DNA of 64,000 nucleotides from an uncultured bacterium (lineage in GTDB: Bacteria > Hinthialibacterota > Hinthialibacteria > Hinthialibacterales > Hinthialibacteraceae). The notes beneath the pieces are model-generated. The model did not search any database. It was not told the DNA's origin and saw only the letters and a list, made by a program, of their open reading frames with translations. The position numbers and the translations under genes were made by a program. Positions 47,540 to 57,286 of the stretch are shown here, one piece after another. The number at the start of each line of letters is the position of its first letter. Positions within the stretch are counted from its first letter, which is position 1. The stretch spans positions 3,883 to 67,882 of the forward strand of contig CAZKYC010000010.1 in assembly GCA_964556895.1 (NCBI GenBank), read 5' to 3'.

Positions 47540-48681
47540 GCCGAGTTGGCTTCTTCAAATTGAGGCTGAGTGATTTGGTTGGAGTTGCGGTAAAACTCTT
47601 CTCCCCCTTCGTCAATCAATTGAATGACCGCATCTGCGATCATCGGGTCAAAGATGGCCCCCCGCTCTTGTTGATAAAACTCAACGATCTGCTTTTGGCT
47701 CCATGCGGGCTTATAACACCTGACCGCCGCCAGTGCGTCTAACACTTCAGCGGCCATCAAAATTCGGCTGTTAAAATGGGTCTCACTGCCTTTCAATCCT
47801 CGTGGATATCCTGTTCCGTCAAACCGTTCATGGTGTTCATAGACATAGCGCCCGACTTCTTTCAGCCGGGGGATAGGCGCCAAAATCTGATAGCCGATTT
47901 CGACATGCTTTTTCATGAGAGCATATTCTTGTTGGGTCAAACTGCCGGGTTTCAGCAAGATCGAATCCGGTACGCCAATCTTTCCAATATCATGCAACTG
48001 GGCCGCCAACCGAAGCCCTTGATGTTCGCTCTCATCAACGTCAAGCTGGTTGGCGATTGTGATCACAAGATTTGACACATGTTGCGCGTGGCCCTGAGTG
48101 TATGGGTCGCGGGCTTCGAGGGCTTTACTTAACGATTGGACTGCGTAAAACAAAAACTCGCTGAGCTCATTGGTCCGTTCTTCGACAAGTTCTTCCAACC
48201 CGGTTTGATAACGCAGGTTGTCTAGCCGCAATTGGCGGTAATGGAGCGCCTTGGCGAGTGAAACCTTCGCCTCTTCAAAGTGAAATGGTTTTAACAAGAA
48301 ATCAAATGCGCCAACCTTCACTGCATTGATGGTGTTATCAAGCGAGGGCTTTCCGGTCATTAACACAACGGGCGTGTATGGTCTCAGGCTTGAGATGACG
48401 CTGACCAACTGGACCCCGCTTAAATGAGGCATGTTGATATCAGAAAGAACCAAATCAAGATCGCCGTCTTGTAGCCAGTCGATGATATCTCTTGGGTCTG
48501 TCGTTACCCGGCATTCGGCGCCCAGATCGGTTAAAAACTCCTTCATGATGTTGATGATCGGCTCTTCATCATCGGTGACGGCTATTTTGGCGCCGTCAAA
48601 GTGCTGATCAATATCATAAAGGTATGACGATGACGCGGGGAAAGATGTAAATTGATCAAAATCTGGACATTGATTTTTCAT
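47536..48681 (-). CDS. Response regulator with HD-GYP phosphohydrolase domain (c-di-GMP phosphodiesterase type)
   Basis: Receiver motifs (DLVLSDINMPHLSGVQL...PVVLMTGKP) and HD-GYP signature (QLHDIGKIGVPDSIL...HHERFDGTGYPRGLKG). Convergent 4-nt overlap with the aminotransferase gene. Confidence 0.8.
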   Translation of the reverse strand: MKNQCPDFDQFTSFPASSSYLYDIDQHFDGAKIAVTDDEEPIINIMKEFLTDLGAECRVTTDPRDIIDWLQDGDLDLVLSDINMPHLSGVQLVSVISSLRPYTPVVLMTGKPSLDNTINAVKVGAFDFLLKPFHFEEAKVSLAKALHYRQLRLDNLRYQTGLEELVEERTNELSEFLFYAVQSLSKALEARDPYTQGHAQHVSNLVITIANQLDVDESEHQGLRLAAQLHDIGKIGVPDSILLKPGSLTQQEYALMKKHVEIGYQILAPIPRLKEVGRYVYEHHERFDGTGYPRGLKGSETHFNSRILMAAEVLDALAAVRCYKPAWSQKQIVEFYQQERGAIFDPMIADAVIQLIDEGGEEFYRNSNQITQPQFEEANSA

Positions 48682-48775
48682 TGAGTCCCGTCAACGAAAT
48701 AATATTTGATGACCCAAAACATATTGTACCTGTTCAAATGAAAAGCTTAGAGAAATTTTATGTAAATAGCGTTGG

Positions 48776-48804
48776 TTGACAGATAAACTGGGTTTTTTTA
48801 GTAT
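48776..48804 (+). promoter_or_regulatory. Candidate sigma70 promoter for dapA
   Basis: TTGACA at 48776-48781, a 17-nt spacer, then TAGTAT at 48799-48804 (4/6 to TATAAT), about 115 nt upstream of the dapA ATG. A 7-bp hairpin (ATCACTG-TGTTG-CAGTGAT) lies in the presumed 5' UTR. Confidence 0.35.
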
Positions 48805-48918
48805 CGCGAGTGTACAATAATGAGTCTTAATTCAGTGTAAAAAATTGATAAGTTAAGTAAATTGGGCGCACAACAATCACTGTGTTGCAGTGATTTGCAG
48901 AGGAAAGGATTATACATC

Positions 48919-49836
48919 ATGTTTACAGGTTCAGCCGTCGCATTGGTCACGCCATTTTCAGGAGACGCCATTGATTATAAAGCCCTCGAAAGCTTGATCG
49001 ACTTTCATGCCAATGCAGGCACTGAATGCATCCTGGTCTGCGGTACGACAGGGGAGTCAGCGACGCTAACTCACCAAGAACACAAAGAGTTAATTCAACA
49101 CAGCGCCGACTATATCCGCTCGATTCGGGGTGAAACCCCTTACCCTATCCTCATGGCGGGAACAGGAAGCAACAGCACCAAAGAAGCCCTTGAACTCACA
49201 CAAGGCGCCAAAGACGCGAACGCTGATTGTGCGCTGTTAATTTCTCCATACTATAACAAACCGACTCAACAGGGCCTGCTTGAACATTTTCGTATCATTG
49301 CGCGTAAAGTCGACATTCCCCAGGTTGTTTATAACATCCAGGGGCGTACAGCGATCAACATTCAAACCGATACCATGGTTGCTTTGTCAGAAGAAAAGAA
49401 CATCATCGGCGTCAAAGAAGCCAGTGGAAATTTAGACCAGGTGTCTGAAGTCATTCGTCGAACCCCGGATGACTTTTATGTGTGGTCGGGCGACGACGGC
49501 CTGACCCTGCCCATTCTTTCGCTGGGCGGGCATGGCGTTATTTCGGTTGCGGCCAACATTGTACCCAAAGAGGTTCGCGCCTTGGTTCATGCATACCTCA
49601 ATGGCGACCATGATGAAGCCATGCGTCTTCACTATGACTACGCGGTGTTAAACTCGACGTTGTTCATTGAGACCAACCCCATCCCAGTAAAAACAGCGGT
49701 GAATTTGATGAGCGCGAACACCCACCATGGGTTGCCTCATTGCGGTGAGTTTCGCCTGCCGCTTGTTCCTTTATCGCCCAATAACCTTGAGCAGTTGAAA
49801 ACCGTTTTACAACAATACAAACTCATTGCCGCGTAA
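48919..49836 (+). CDS. dapA: 4-hydroxy-tetrahydrodipicolinate synthase
   Basis: Start at the ATG at 48919 (GAGGAAAGGA RBS). N-terminal GSAVALVTPFSGD...ILVCGTTGESATLTHQEH and the Schiff-base lysine region (IIGVKEASGN) are characteristic of DapA. Confidence 0.9.
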   Translation: MFTGSAVALVTPFSGDAIDYKALESLIDFHANAGTECILVCGTTGESATLTHQEHKELIQHSADYIRSIRGETPYPILMAGTGSNSTKEALELTQGAKDANADCALLISPYYNKPTQQGLLEHFRIIARKVDIPQVVYNIQGRTAINIQTDTMVALSEEKNIIGVKEASGNLDQVSEVIRRTPDDFYVWSGDDGLTLPILSLGGHGVISVAANIVPKEVRALVHAYLNGDHDEAMRLHYDYAVLNSTLFIETNPIPVKTAVNLMSANTHHGLPHCGEFRLPLVPLSPNNLEQLKTVLQQYKLIAA

Positions 49837-49856
49837 GAGAGACAAAACCAACGAAT

Positions 49857-52391
49857 ATGGCATATCCATTTGGTTGTATTCAACGCCTGGCGTTAATCGT
49901 TCTTCTTTGCGTAGTGAGCGTGTTGACTAGCGAAGCCCAAGAACAGGCGCCGTCTTTATCGTTAGAGGATGTTGAAGAAGCCCGCAGGCTGATCTTATCC
50001 GACCAGGTCGACCTCAAGTCGCGCGTCGATTTGGCGAAGCGGTTGTCTATTCTATTTGAACAAATTGGCCGTCCCGAAACTGCGCGTAAGTTAACGCTTG
50101 ACTTTATCGCGTCAGCCAACGACCAGTTTCGTTCAACCTCAACGCCGCCCTCCGGCGCCGGCGATTGGGGCCAAATCGCTGAGACCATCCATGCAGGCAA
50201 ATACAACACTGCCGCAAAAGCGATTGCCGCCCGGCTCGAAAAAAGTTCGTCAACATCATCAAACCCAACTGCGATAGTTCTCGCCTTGAAATCGGATGAC
50301 ATGCTGACGGCGTACCAATTGTTTTATGAGGAACTCGCGACGGGCGTTCGCAGCGCTTATTCGGATTATTTTTTGAGTATTTTGGCGGCGCGAGAAAAGC
50401 GGGTGAGTGAAGCCGCCCAACTAATGAAACAGGCTGAGGGCAGGCTAAGCCCAGAGCGGTTGAACCAATGGGTCGCAATGGACCGGGCGAAGCTAGCCAC
50501 TGTGATGAAAGACTATGAAGTCGCAGAAACGTTGTTGAAAGCGTTATTGAAAGAGGCGCCCGACGATCCACATATTATGTATTTGTATTTGCTGTTTGAT
50601 TTTGCCCGCGGCCAAAAAGACCAGGCGGGGCGGCGGCTTCTACAACTTGTCCCAAAACTCAAACCAGATCCATACCTGCTCGCCCAGGCGGCGACATTGG
50701 CTGTCCGGCTTAACGAACTCGACACCGCCGCGGCCATTCTAGAAACCCACGAACCAAATATTGAAAGCAACCGCGACTTTTATGAAGCCTTCGCTCTGGT
50801 CAAAAAAGCCCAGGGCAAGCCCAGCGAAGCGGACGACTATGTCAAAAAAGCCAACCAAATGAAAGAAACCCGCGTCGCGGTCGAAGCCCGCGGCGAACAA
50901 GAACGCCTGCTCAGCCAAGCGCTGGCCTCAGCGCGAAAAAGCAGCGGGCCGTCAACCGCAGAGATGGACGGCGTCACGCCCGTTTCAAAGGCCTATCTCT
51001 ACTTACTCGAAAACAAGCCGAAAATGGCCGAAGCGGCGTTGCTGCAACGAATCCAATCGGGCGATGCGGAACCGACAGAGTATAGTATTCTTCAAACCAT
51101 CCAACGCAGGTCAAACAAACTAGGCGGCGCCATAACGACGCTGCAGCAACTAAAAAAAGCCCATCCAACCTTTCAGCCTTATGTTGTGTTGAGCCTCTTG
51201 GCTGACTACTGTGTTCGCGCCAACGACCCAAAACAAGCCCAAACCTATTACCAAGAGTTGGTCAAGATGTTCCCTGAGTCAAACCAGGCCAAGGCGGCGA
51301 AACAGTGGTTAGACAACAACCAACTTGCCCCTTCGGTCACGATGCCAATAAAACCATCAACCATTTTGACTCGGTATCCCAATTACGGGGCGCCCTTCGC
51401 CCTCTCAGAAATCATCAACTATTGGGATGAATCGACTACGTTTTCGAAAGTGTCGACAGCGCTTGGGGTTTCTGCCGACCGCAGCATCCAATTTCACCAA
51501 TTGGTTCCGATCATTCTCAATGGTTCGAGCCTTGAGATTCACCCGGTCGCCCCAACTTTTGAGGCCTTGTCCGCCATCTTAAATGCAGGCGTTCCGGTCA
51601 TTCTGTGTTATAGCGATCTGTTTGGTTCGCAACTCATAGAATCGGTCTTGTTGTTAGTGGGGTTTGATTCATCCCAGCGGGTGGTTTACGCCGAAGGCGT
51701 ACGTGGCGACGATCCTCATGTGTTAACGGAAGCCGAACTGGCTTCGGGCATCGGTCTGGCCCTTCATCCAGGCACAGTCAACATGCCAGACAACGAGACC
51801 GCCCAAACGGCGTTGGCCTTGGGCGCCGACCAGGTTCGATTAAATCTCGACGCCATCATGTTGGAACGTGAAGAAATTGAGTCCTCAGATTCCTTTACCA
51901 ATAAAATGAAATCGGTTGCAAAAGAATCCGGGGTTGAGCATGTCCCACTTCAAATAGCGTACGCCCGCTGGTTGGTGCGGCGCGGTCAACCGCAAGAAAC
52001 CATTGAGTATCTGGACGCCATCAAAGCAAACTGTAATTCAATTGGCGAGTATCACTTTTTACGCACCCATTATTATTACAGCCAAAAAGACTACGCGAAC
52101 GCGCACATCAACATTCAATCGGCTCTCGACCTTCAGCCCCAACACCCACGTTGGAGTTTAGCGCTTGCGCGGGTGTTGTATACGCAAGACAAAATCGATA
52201 ACGCGATAGAAACGTGTGAAGAAATCTGCAGGCAACACCCAGAAGACTTAACCGCCGCCGTGTATTTGCTTTCGCTGTATGAAAAGACGGGAAATACAGA
52301 AAAACTCCAACAAGAAACTCAACGCGTCAAAGAGGCGTTGAGCATCGACGACCTTCCGCTTGGCGGCCCGGCGGAGCCAAAACCTGAGTAG
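49857..52391 (+). CDS. Secreted tetratricopeptide-repeat protein
   Basis: Signal peptide (LALIVLLCVVSVLTSEA). Multiple TPR-like helical repeats through about 840 aa. The last roughly 150 aa (HFLRTHYYYSQKDYANAHINIQSALDLQPQHPRW...) are clearly TPR. Confidence 0.6.
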   Translation: MAYPFGCIQRLALIVLLCVVSVLTSEAQEQAPSLSLEDVEEARRLILSDQVDLKSRVDLAKRLSILFEQIGRPETARKLTLDFIASANDQFRSTSTPPSGAGDWGQIAETIHAGKYNTAAKAIAARLEKSSSTSSNPTAIVLALKSDDMLTAYQLFYEELATGVRSAYSDYFLSILAAREKRVSEAAQLMKQAEGRLSPERLNQWVAMDRAKLATVMKDYEVAETLLKALLKEAPDDPHIMYLYLLFDFARGQKDQAGRRLLQLVPKLKPDPYLLAQAATLAVRLNELDTAAAILETHEPNIESNRDFYEAFALVKKAQGKPSEADDYVKKANQMKETRVAVEARGEQERLLSQALASARKSSGPSTAEMDGVTPVSKAYLYLLENKPKMAEAALLQRIQSGDAEPTEYSILQTIQRRSNKLGGAITTLQQLKKAHPTFQPYVVLSLLADYCVRANDPKQAQTYYQELVKMFPESNQAKAAKQWLDNNQLAPSVTMPIKPSTILTRYPNYGAPFALSEIINYWDESTTFSKVSTALGVSADRSIQFHQLVPIILNGSSLEIHPVAPTFEALSAILNAGVPVILCYSDLFGSQLIESVLLLVGFDSSQRVVYAEGVRGDDPHVLTEAELASGIGLALHPGTVNMPDNETAQTALALGADQVRLNLDAIMLEREEIESSDSFTNKMKSVAKESGVEHVPLQIAYARWLVRRGQPQETIEYLDAIKANCNSIGEYHFLRTHYYYSQKDYANAHINIQSALDLQPQHPRWSLALARVLYTQDKIDNAIETCEEICRQHPEDLTAAVYLLSLYEKTGNTEKLQQETQRVKEALSIDDLPLGGPAEPKPE

Positions 52392-52394
52392 CGC

Positions 52395-52805
52395 CTATTC
52401 AGATTGGTCTTCTTTCAACACCAGCGACGCTGAGTTGATACAGTAACGTTGATTGGTCGGCGCAGGGCCGTCGTCAAAGACATGGCCAAGGTGGGCGCCG
52501 CATTGGCTGCACAACACTTCTGTGCGTTCGTGGGCCAGGCTGTGGTCAGGTTCGGTGGTCACACTGTCTTTTGCCACTGGCGCCCAAAAACTGGGCCACC
52601 CGGTACCTGAATTGTATTTGGTTGTTGAATTAAACAGCGAGTTGCCGCAACACACACACTGATATAAGCCAGTCTTTTTGCAGTCATGATATTCGCCCGT
52701 AAAGGCAGGCTCCGTACCTTTTTCACGCGCAACACGAAACTGCTCAGGGGTGAGTTGCTGTTTCCATTCATCATCTGACTTCTGAATTTTATAACTCACT
52801 GTCAT
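52395..52805 (-). CDS. msrB: Peptide-methionine (R)-S-oxide reductase
   Basis: Two CxxC zinc motifs (CVCCGNSLF; CSQCGAHLGHVF) and the catalytic RYCINSASL region. 136 aa. Confidence 0.9.
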   Translation of the reverse strand: MTVSYKIQKSDDEWKQQLTPEQFRVAREKGTEPAFTGEYHDCKKTGLYQCVCCGNSLFNSTTKYNSGTGWPSFWAPVAKDSVTTEPDHSLAHERTEVLCSQCGAHLGHVFDDGPAPTNQRYCINSASLVLKEDQSE

Positions 52806-52868
52806 GGCCTCCCATTGTTCCGGCCCTCTATGGCCAATTTAATGGTATTACTGAATAGAATTCGTTAA

Positions 52869-53053
52869 AGCCCATCTCAAAAATGATTGATCATTTGCAG
52901 CGGGCGGCGTATGTACAACTCTGCTCGCTTCAGTGCGGCTCCGCCATTTTGCACAGGCGCTCCCAGAGTTGCACCCACGCCTATATTGGCTGCTCAATAA
53001 TTGATACGTCAACACCTTAATAAAACAATCTTCCTTTTTGAGATGGCTTCTAG
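52869..53053. repeat. Intergenic repeat element copy A (inverted-repeat hairpin core plus ATCATTTTTGAGATGGC-type terminal motifs in inverted orientation)
   Basis: Left end CCCATCTCAAAAATGAT (52871-52887) is the reverse complement of the right end TTTTTGAGATGGCTTCT (53036-53052). Between them, GTACAACTCTG...CAGAGTTGCACCCACGC (52913-52980) encloses the core CTCGCTTCAGTGCGGCTCCGCC. About 85% identical to the copy at 60136-60284. Confidence 0.6.
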
Positions 53054-53124
53054 GAGTTTACAATCCTACTCCATGTCATTGTGGGAGCCAGGCTCCTCGC
53101 AATAACACGGATAGTTGTTAAATA

Positions 53125-53430
53125 TTAGACCGTGTCGTAGACTTTGATTTTCTCAAAGAGCGGTTTGTATTTTTGAACGAACGCGACATGGCGTGGGTCA
53201 TCTTGATAGGCGTCGTGCCCGGCCTTGTCGTCATAGACCACGATCAGTCCCAGATCATACGAGTTGTCGACGACATCGCGCGGCGTGCCCGCGGGCTTTC
53301 CCGCCCATAAGTGGTTCACGCTTTCGATGGCGGCCAGTTCATTGATACAATCGTCGTGCATCGCTTGTTTATCTTCGTCTGTCGCTTCTGGTTTCAACCA
53401 GAAAAAAACCATATGAACAAAACCCGACAT
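53125..53430 (-). CDS. Dabb-family stress-responsive alpha+beta barrel protein
   Basis: Start at the ATG at 53430 (MSGFVHMVFFWLKPEA...). Dabb pattern: HxVxFxxK...NHLWAGKPAGTP...DLGLIVVYDDKAGHDAYQDDPRHVAF. The longer ORF-track start adds a hydrophobic, unlikely leader. Confidence 0.65.
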   Translation of the reverse strand: MSGFVHMVFFWLKPEATDEDKQAMHDDCINELAAIESVNHLWAGKPAGTPRDVVDNSYDLGLIVVYDDKAGHDAYQDDPRHVAFVQKYKPLFEKIKVYDTV

Positions 53431-53587
53431 ATTCGCCTCCCAAATGGAATAGGCACTATTAAAGACAGAAAATGAGAAAATGAAAACGGTGAAGAAATAG
53501 AAAGGCATGAAAAACACACGAGCCTACGAACGGCGTAGTGACCATTCTTGGTCGTGTTGAGAAGATTCAAAACCGAGAACAAGCCGG

Positions 53588-53827
53588 TTAAAACAGGTGT
53601 TTGATGATGTTGACGGCGGTGCCGCCGTCAAAGGTAATTAAGACTTGGTCGCCGGGGCGCGCGTCTGGATAGATCGCTTCGCTGTTGACCTGGGTGACCA
53701 TCGGCTCGCCGGGCAGGTCATCCAAAACAAAATGAACCCGGTAATTCATGCGGCCATGAATCGGCGTTGGAGAAACTTGATTGACGATCGCCTGTTTTGT
53801 CCCCACCAGCATGTTGGCGACCTCCAT
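53588..53827 (-). CDS. Hypothetical small protein
   Basis: 79 aa, no recognised motif; weak beta-rich pattern (YPDARPGDQVLITFDGGTAVNI). Standalone between the Dabb gene and the TAT-signal oxidoreductase gene. Confidence 0.3.
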   Translation of the reverse strand: MEVANMLVGTKQAIVNQVSPTPIHGRMNYRVHFVLDDLPGEPMVTQVNSEAIYPDARPGDQVLITFDGGTAVNIIKHLF

Positions 53828-53970
53828 TTTCCGACATAAATGTATTATACCATGATCGGGCCAAAGAGTGCTTTATGTTTTACGAGTTATCTGTTACCGT
53901 TTAACCGCCTGTATCCTCTTATGTTGCAGCATCCATATTATACAGGACATTATGTAAGGAGCATCCAACC

Positions 53971-55302
53971 ATGCCGAAACACACTCATTCCCGCCGAACC
54001 TTTTTAACCATGAGCGCTTTATGTTCTGCGCCGCTGTTTATACCAAATCACATCTTCGCCGCCGCGCCGAGCGACAAAATCGTTTTGGGCTGGATTGGCA
54101 TCGGCTCGCGCGGCAACCAACTTCTAGGCGAGAACCTTCGCAAAGACAGTATTCGTATTGCGGCGCTGGCTGATGTAGACCGGGTTCACCTGCTCAGGGC
54201 GCAACAAATTATTGATGACCTATATAACATTGACCGTCCCCAAGCAAAGATCATCAATGGCTGGCGCCTCGAACAACAACCAACACCCAAAGGGGCCGTC
54301 GCTGCATACAACGACTATCGCCGAATTCTTGACCGCGGCGACATCGACGGCGTGGTTGTGGCTGTTCCTGACCATTGGCACGCAAAAATCTATATCGACG
54401 CCATGGACGCCGGCCTCGATGTGTATGGCGAAAAACCGCTGAGCCTTACCATAAACCAAGGACGGCATATCGCGCGCAAGGCCAAAGAAACCGGGCGCGT
54501 CTTTCAAACCGGCAGCCAACAACGTTCCGCGAAAACATTTCGTACGGCGGTCGATTACGTCCGCAATGGCAGGCTGGGAAAAATTCTCAAAGCGCGCGCG
54601 GCGATTGGCGGCGGCAAGGCGAGCGATATGCCGCCGGATTCACCCGCGCCGCCCCAACTCGACTGGGAACTATGGCTAGGGCCAGCGCCCAAGGTTCCAT
54701 ACAACGTCAGACGATGCCATCTGAAGTTCCGTTCGTTCTTTGACTATTCAGGCGGCAACGTCACCGACTGGGGCGCCCATCATTGCGACATCATCCAGTG
54801 GGGGCTCGGTATGGACGGCTCAGGCCCGGTAAAAATCGAGGGTAGAGCCAAACGAAACCCTGGGCCGTTCAACACACTCTACGACTTCGATTTTACTTAC
54901 ACCTACGCCAATGGCGTGCCCGCCCAATTGGTCGGTAAAGGCAACAACGGCGTGACCTTCTTCGGCGAAAAAGGCGAGATATTTGTGTCACGAGGCGAGG
55001 TCACATCAAACCCAACATCGATCTTAGATGAACCGCTTTCATCCGGCGACTTGCGCGTCGAAGTCAGCGATGACCATTTTCAAAACTGGCTGGATTGCAT
55101 CAAAAGCCGCGAGACGCCCATCGCGTCCGCCGAAGTGGGGCGCCGCTCAATTTCGGTCCCCCACCTGTGCAACATCAGTGGACATCTCGGACGCTCGCTT
55201 GCGTGGGACCCTGAAAAGGAGATGTTCGTCAACGACGCCGAAGCCAACCAATGGCTCGACCGCGACGAACGCGCGCCCTACCACCACCTGGCGGGGTATT
55301 AA
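53971..55302 (+). CDS. Gfo/Idh/MocA family oxidoreductase with twin-arginine signal
   Basis: TAT motif (SRRTFLTMSALCSAPLF). Rossmann (LGWIGIGSRGNQ) and EKP (YGEKPLSLT) motifs. 443 aa, typical of periplasmic glycoside-3-dehydrogenase-like members. Confidence 0.8.
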   Translation: MPKHTHSRRTFLTMSALCSAPLFIPNHIFAAAPSDKIVLGWIGIGSRGNQLLGENLRKDSIRIAALADVDRVHLLRAQQIIDDLYNIDRPQAKIINGWRLEQQPTPKGAVAAYNDYRRILDRGDIDGVVVAVPDHWHAKIYIDAMDAGLDVYGEKPLSLTINQGRHIARKAKETGRVFQTGSQQRSAKTFRTAVDYVRNGRLGKILKARAAIGGGKASDMPPDSPAPPQLDWELWLGPAPKVPYNVRRCHLKFRSFFDYSGGNVTDWGAHHCDIIQWGLGMDGSGPVKIEGRAKRNPGPFNTLYDFDFTYTYANGVPAQLVGKGNNGVTFFGEKGEIFVSRGEVTSNPTSILDEPLSSGDLRVEVSDDHFQNWLDCIKSRETPIASAEVGRRSISVPHLCNISGHLGRSLAWDPEKEMFVNDAEANQWLDRDERAPYHHLAGY

Positions 55303-55400
55303 GTACAATAGCGCTATCAAACACAACAGGATAAAGCGAATTTGTCTTCTTGTATTTAATAAAAAAAACCATGAACATTGACTCTCACTTTTAACACTAG

Positions 55401-57101
55401 ATGGAAGAGGAATTGATACTCATGGCGTCTGACCTGAACCGAACAAGCCGACTTACCACAGATGGAATGGGGCGCGCCCCCAATCGCGCCATGCTGCGCG
55501 CGGTGGGGTTTCTTGACGATGATTTTACCCGGCCCATGGTCGGCGTCTGTTCCATGTTTAGCGATATCACCCCTTGCAACGCTCACCTCGACCGTCTCGC
55601 CCAAAAGGGGTATCTGGGCGTGCGGGCCGGCGGCGGCGTACCTCAGATTTATGGCGCCCCCACCGCGTCAGACGGTATTATGATGGGCCACCAGGGCATG
55701 CGCTACAGCCTGGTTTCACGCGAGGTCATCGCTGACAGCATCGAAGTAGTTTCGGCGGGCATGAACCACGACGGCATTCTCGCCTTCGGCGGCTGCGACA
55801 AGAACATGCCCGGCGCATTGATGGCAATGGCGCGCATCAACGTCCCCAGTATCTTTGTATACGGCGGCAGCATCCTGCCGGGCGTCAACGACCAACAAGA
55901 CATCGACATCGTTTCAATCTTTGAAGCGGTCGGACGTTACCAGGCGGGCAACCTGGACGAAGCCGGCGTCAAAGAGATCGAATGCGAGGCCTGCCCCGGC
56001 GCTGGCGCCTGCGGCGGAATGTACACCGCCAATACCATGGCGTCCGCGATTGAGACCATGGGGCTTTCCCTGCCCTATGGGGCCAGCAACCCGGGTGTGT
56101 CAGCCGCGAAGGAGCGCGAATCCTACCAAGCGGGCGCCGCTTTGATCGAACTCATCAAACAAGACATCAAACCGCGTGACCTTATTACCAAAAAATCGAT
56201 CGAAAACGCGTTTACTGTTGTGTTGGCGCTGGGCGGTTCAACCAACGCCGTGCTTCACCTGATGGCGATCGCCAAAGAAGCCGAAGTCGATTGGACGCTC
56301 GATGACTTTGACCGCCTTGGCGACAAGACCCCTCACCTCGCCGACCTCAAACCCAGCGGGCAGTATGTCATGTTTGATCTTCACAAATCGGGCGGCGCGC
56401 CCGCCGTGATCAAGACCCTGCTCGAAGCGGGCCTATTGCACGGCGACTGTATGACCTGTACAGGCAAAACGCTGGAAGAAAACTTGAAGAACGTGCTTGG
56501 CATCGCCAAGCGAAAGCAGTCTGTCTTCATGCCGCTCGATAAGCCAATTCATAAATCCGGCCATATCATCATTCTCAAAGGCAATCTGGCGCCTGAGGGC
56601 TGCGTCTCAAAGGTGTCTGGCCTCGAATGCCGCCGCATCACGGGCCCCGCCAAAGTGTTTGAGGGCGAAGAAGCCTGTTTTGAGGCCATCCAGGCGCGCA
56701 AGATCAAGAAAGGCGACGTGGTGGTGATTCGCGGCGAAGGCCCGGTCGGCGGCCCCGGCATGCGTGAAATGTTGTCGGTCACCTCAGCCCTGGTCGGGCA
56801 AGGAATCAGCGAAGACGTCGGCCTGATCACAGACGGTAGGTTCTCAGGCGGGACCCACGGACTAGTGGTCGGCCACGTCGCCCCTGAGTCTTGGACGGGA
56901 GGCCCGATTGCGCTGGTTGAAGATGGCGACTCTATCACCATCGACGGCGACAAAAAACTGCTTCAACTCAACATCTCTGACGAAGAACTAAAAAAGCGCA
57001 AAGCCGCCTGGACTACCCCCGAACCGCGCGAAAAGCGCGGCGTGTTGGCCAAATACGCCAAGACGGTGCGTTCAGCCTCCGACGGCGCGATAACCTTCTA
57101 A
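55401..57101 (+). CDS. ilvD: Dihydroxy-acid dehydratase (IlvD/EDD family)
   Basis: Fe-S cluster and active-site motifs ([26 protein letters not shown]; [34 protein letters not shown]). 566 aa is the short IlvD class. A sugar-acid dehydratase of the same family cannot be excluded. Confidence 0.8.
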   Translation: MEEELILMASDLNRTSRLTTDGMGRAPNRAMLRAVGFLDDDFTRPMVGVCSMFSDITPCNAHLDRLAQKGYLGVRAGGGVPQIYGAPTASDGIMMGHQGMRYSLVSREVIADSIEVVSAGMNHDGILAFGGCDKNMPGALMAMARINVPSIFVYGGSILPGVNDQQDIDIVSIFEAVGRYQAGNLDEAGVKEIECEACPGAGACGGMYTANTMASAIETMGLSLPYGASNPGVSAAKERESYQAGAALIELIKQDIKPRDLITKKSIENAFTVVLALGGSTNAVLHLMAIAKEAEVDWTLDDFDRLGDKTPHLADLKPSGQYVMFDLHKSGGAPAVIKTLLEAGLLHGDCMTCTGKTLEENLKNVLGIAKRKQSVFMPLDKPIHKSGHIIILKGNLAPEGCVSKVSGLECRRITGPAKVFEGEEACFEAIQARKIKKGDVVVIRGEGPVGGPGMREMLSVTSALVGQGISEDVGLITDGRFSGGTHGLVVGHVAPESWTGGPIALVEDGDSITIDGDKKLLQLNISDEELKKRKAAWTTPEPREKRGVLAKYAKTVRSASDGAITF

Positions 57102-57129
57102 CGATCAAAATATCAACGAATTACCACAA

Positions 57130-57160
57130 GGTGAGGGGACGTATCCTCTCACCTTTTTTG
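57130..57160 (+). terminator. Rho-independent terminator downstream of ilvD
   Basis: GGTGAGGGG-ACGTAT-CCTCTCACC (a 9-bp stem with one G-U pair) followed by TTTTTT at 57154-57159. Confidence 0.7.
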
Positions 57161-57286
57161 CCTCAATTCTTCTCAAAACCAAGCGAAAATAGAAAATAAA
57201 TTACCAATTCAGTTAATTTTTTCTTGACAAGGATTTCATACCTATTATATTTACTCGCTAAAGTAAGAATTTATGTATCCTTTTAA

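Noticed and set aside
53588-53827. Possible FlbD-like or HypC-like identity for the 79-aa ORF
   Set aside because: It lacks the obligatory N-terminal Met-Cys of HypC and does not follow the FlbD consensus (MIxxTxLNG...PDTxI). Similarity is limited to a short GDxVL...G.A stretch.
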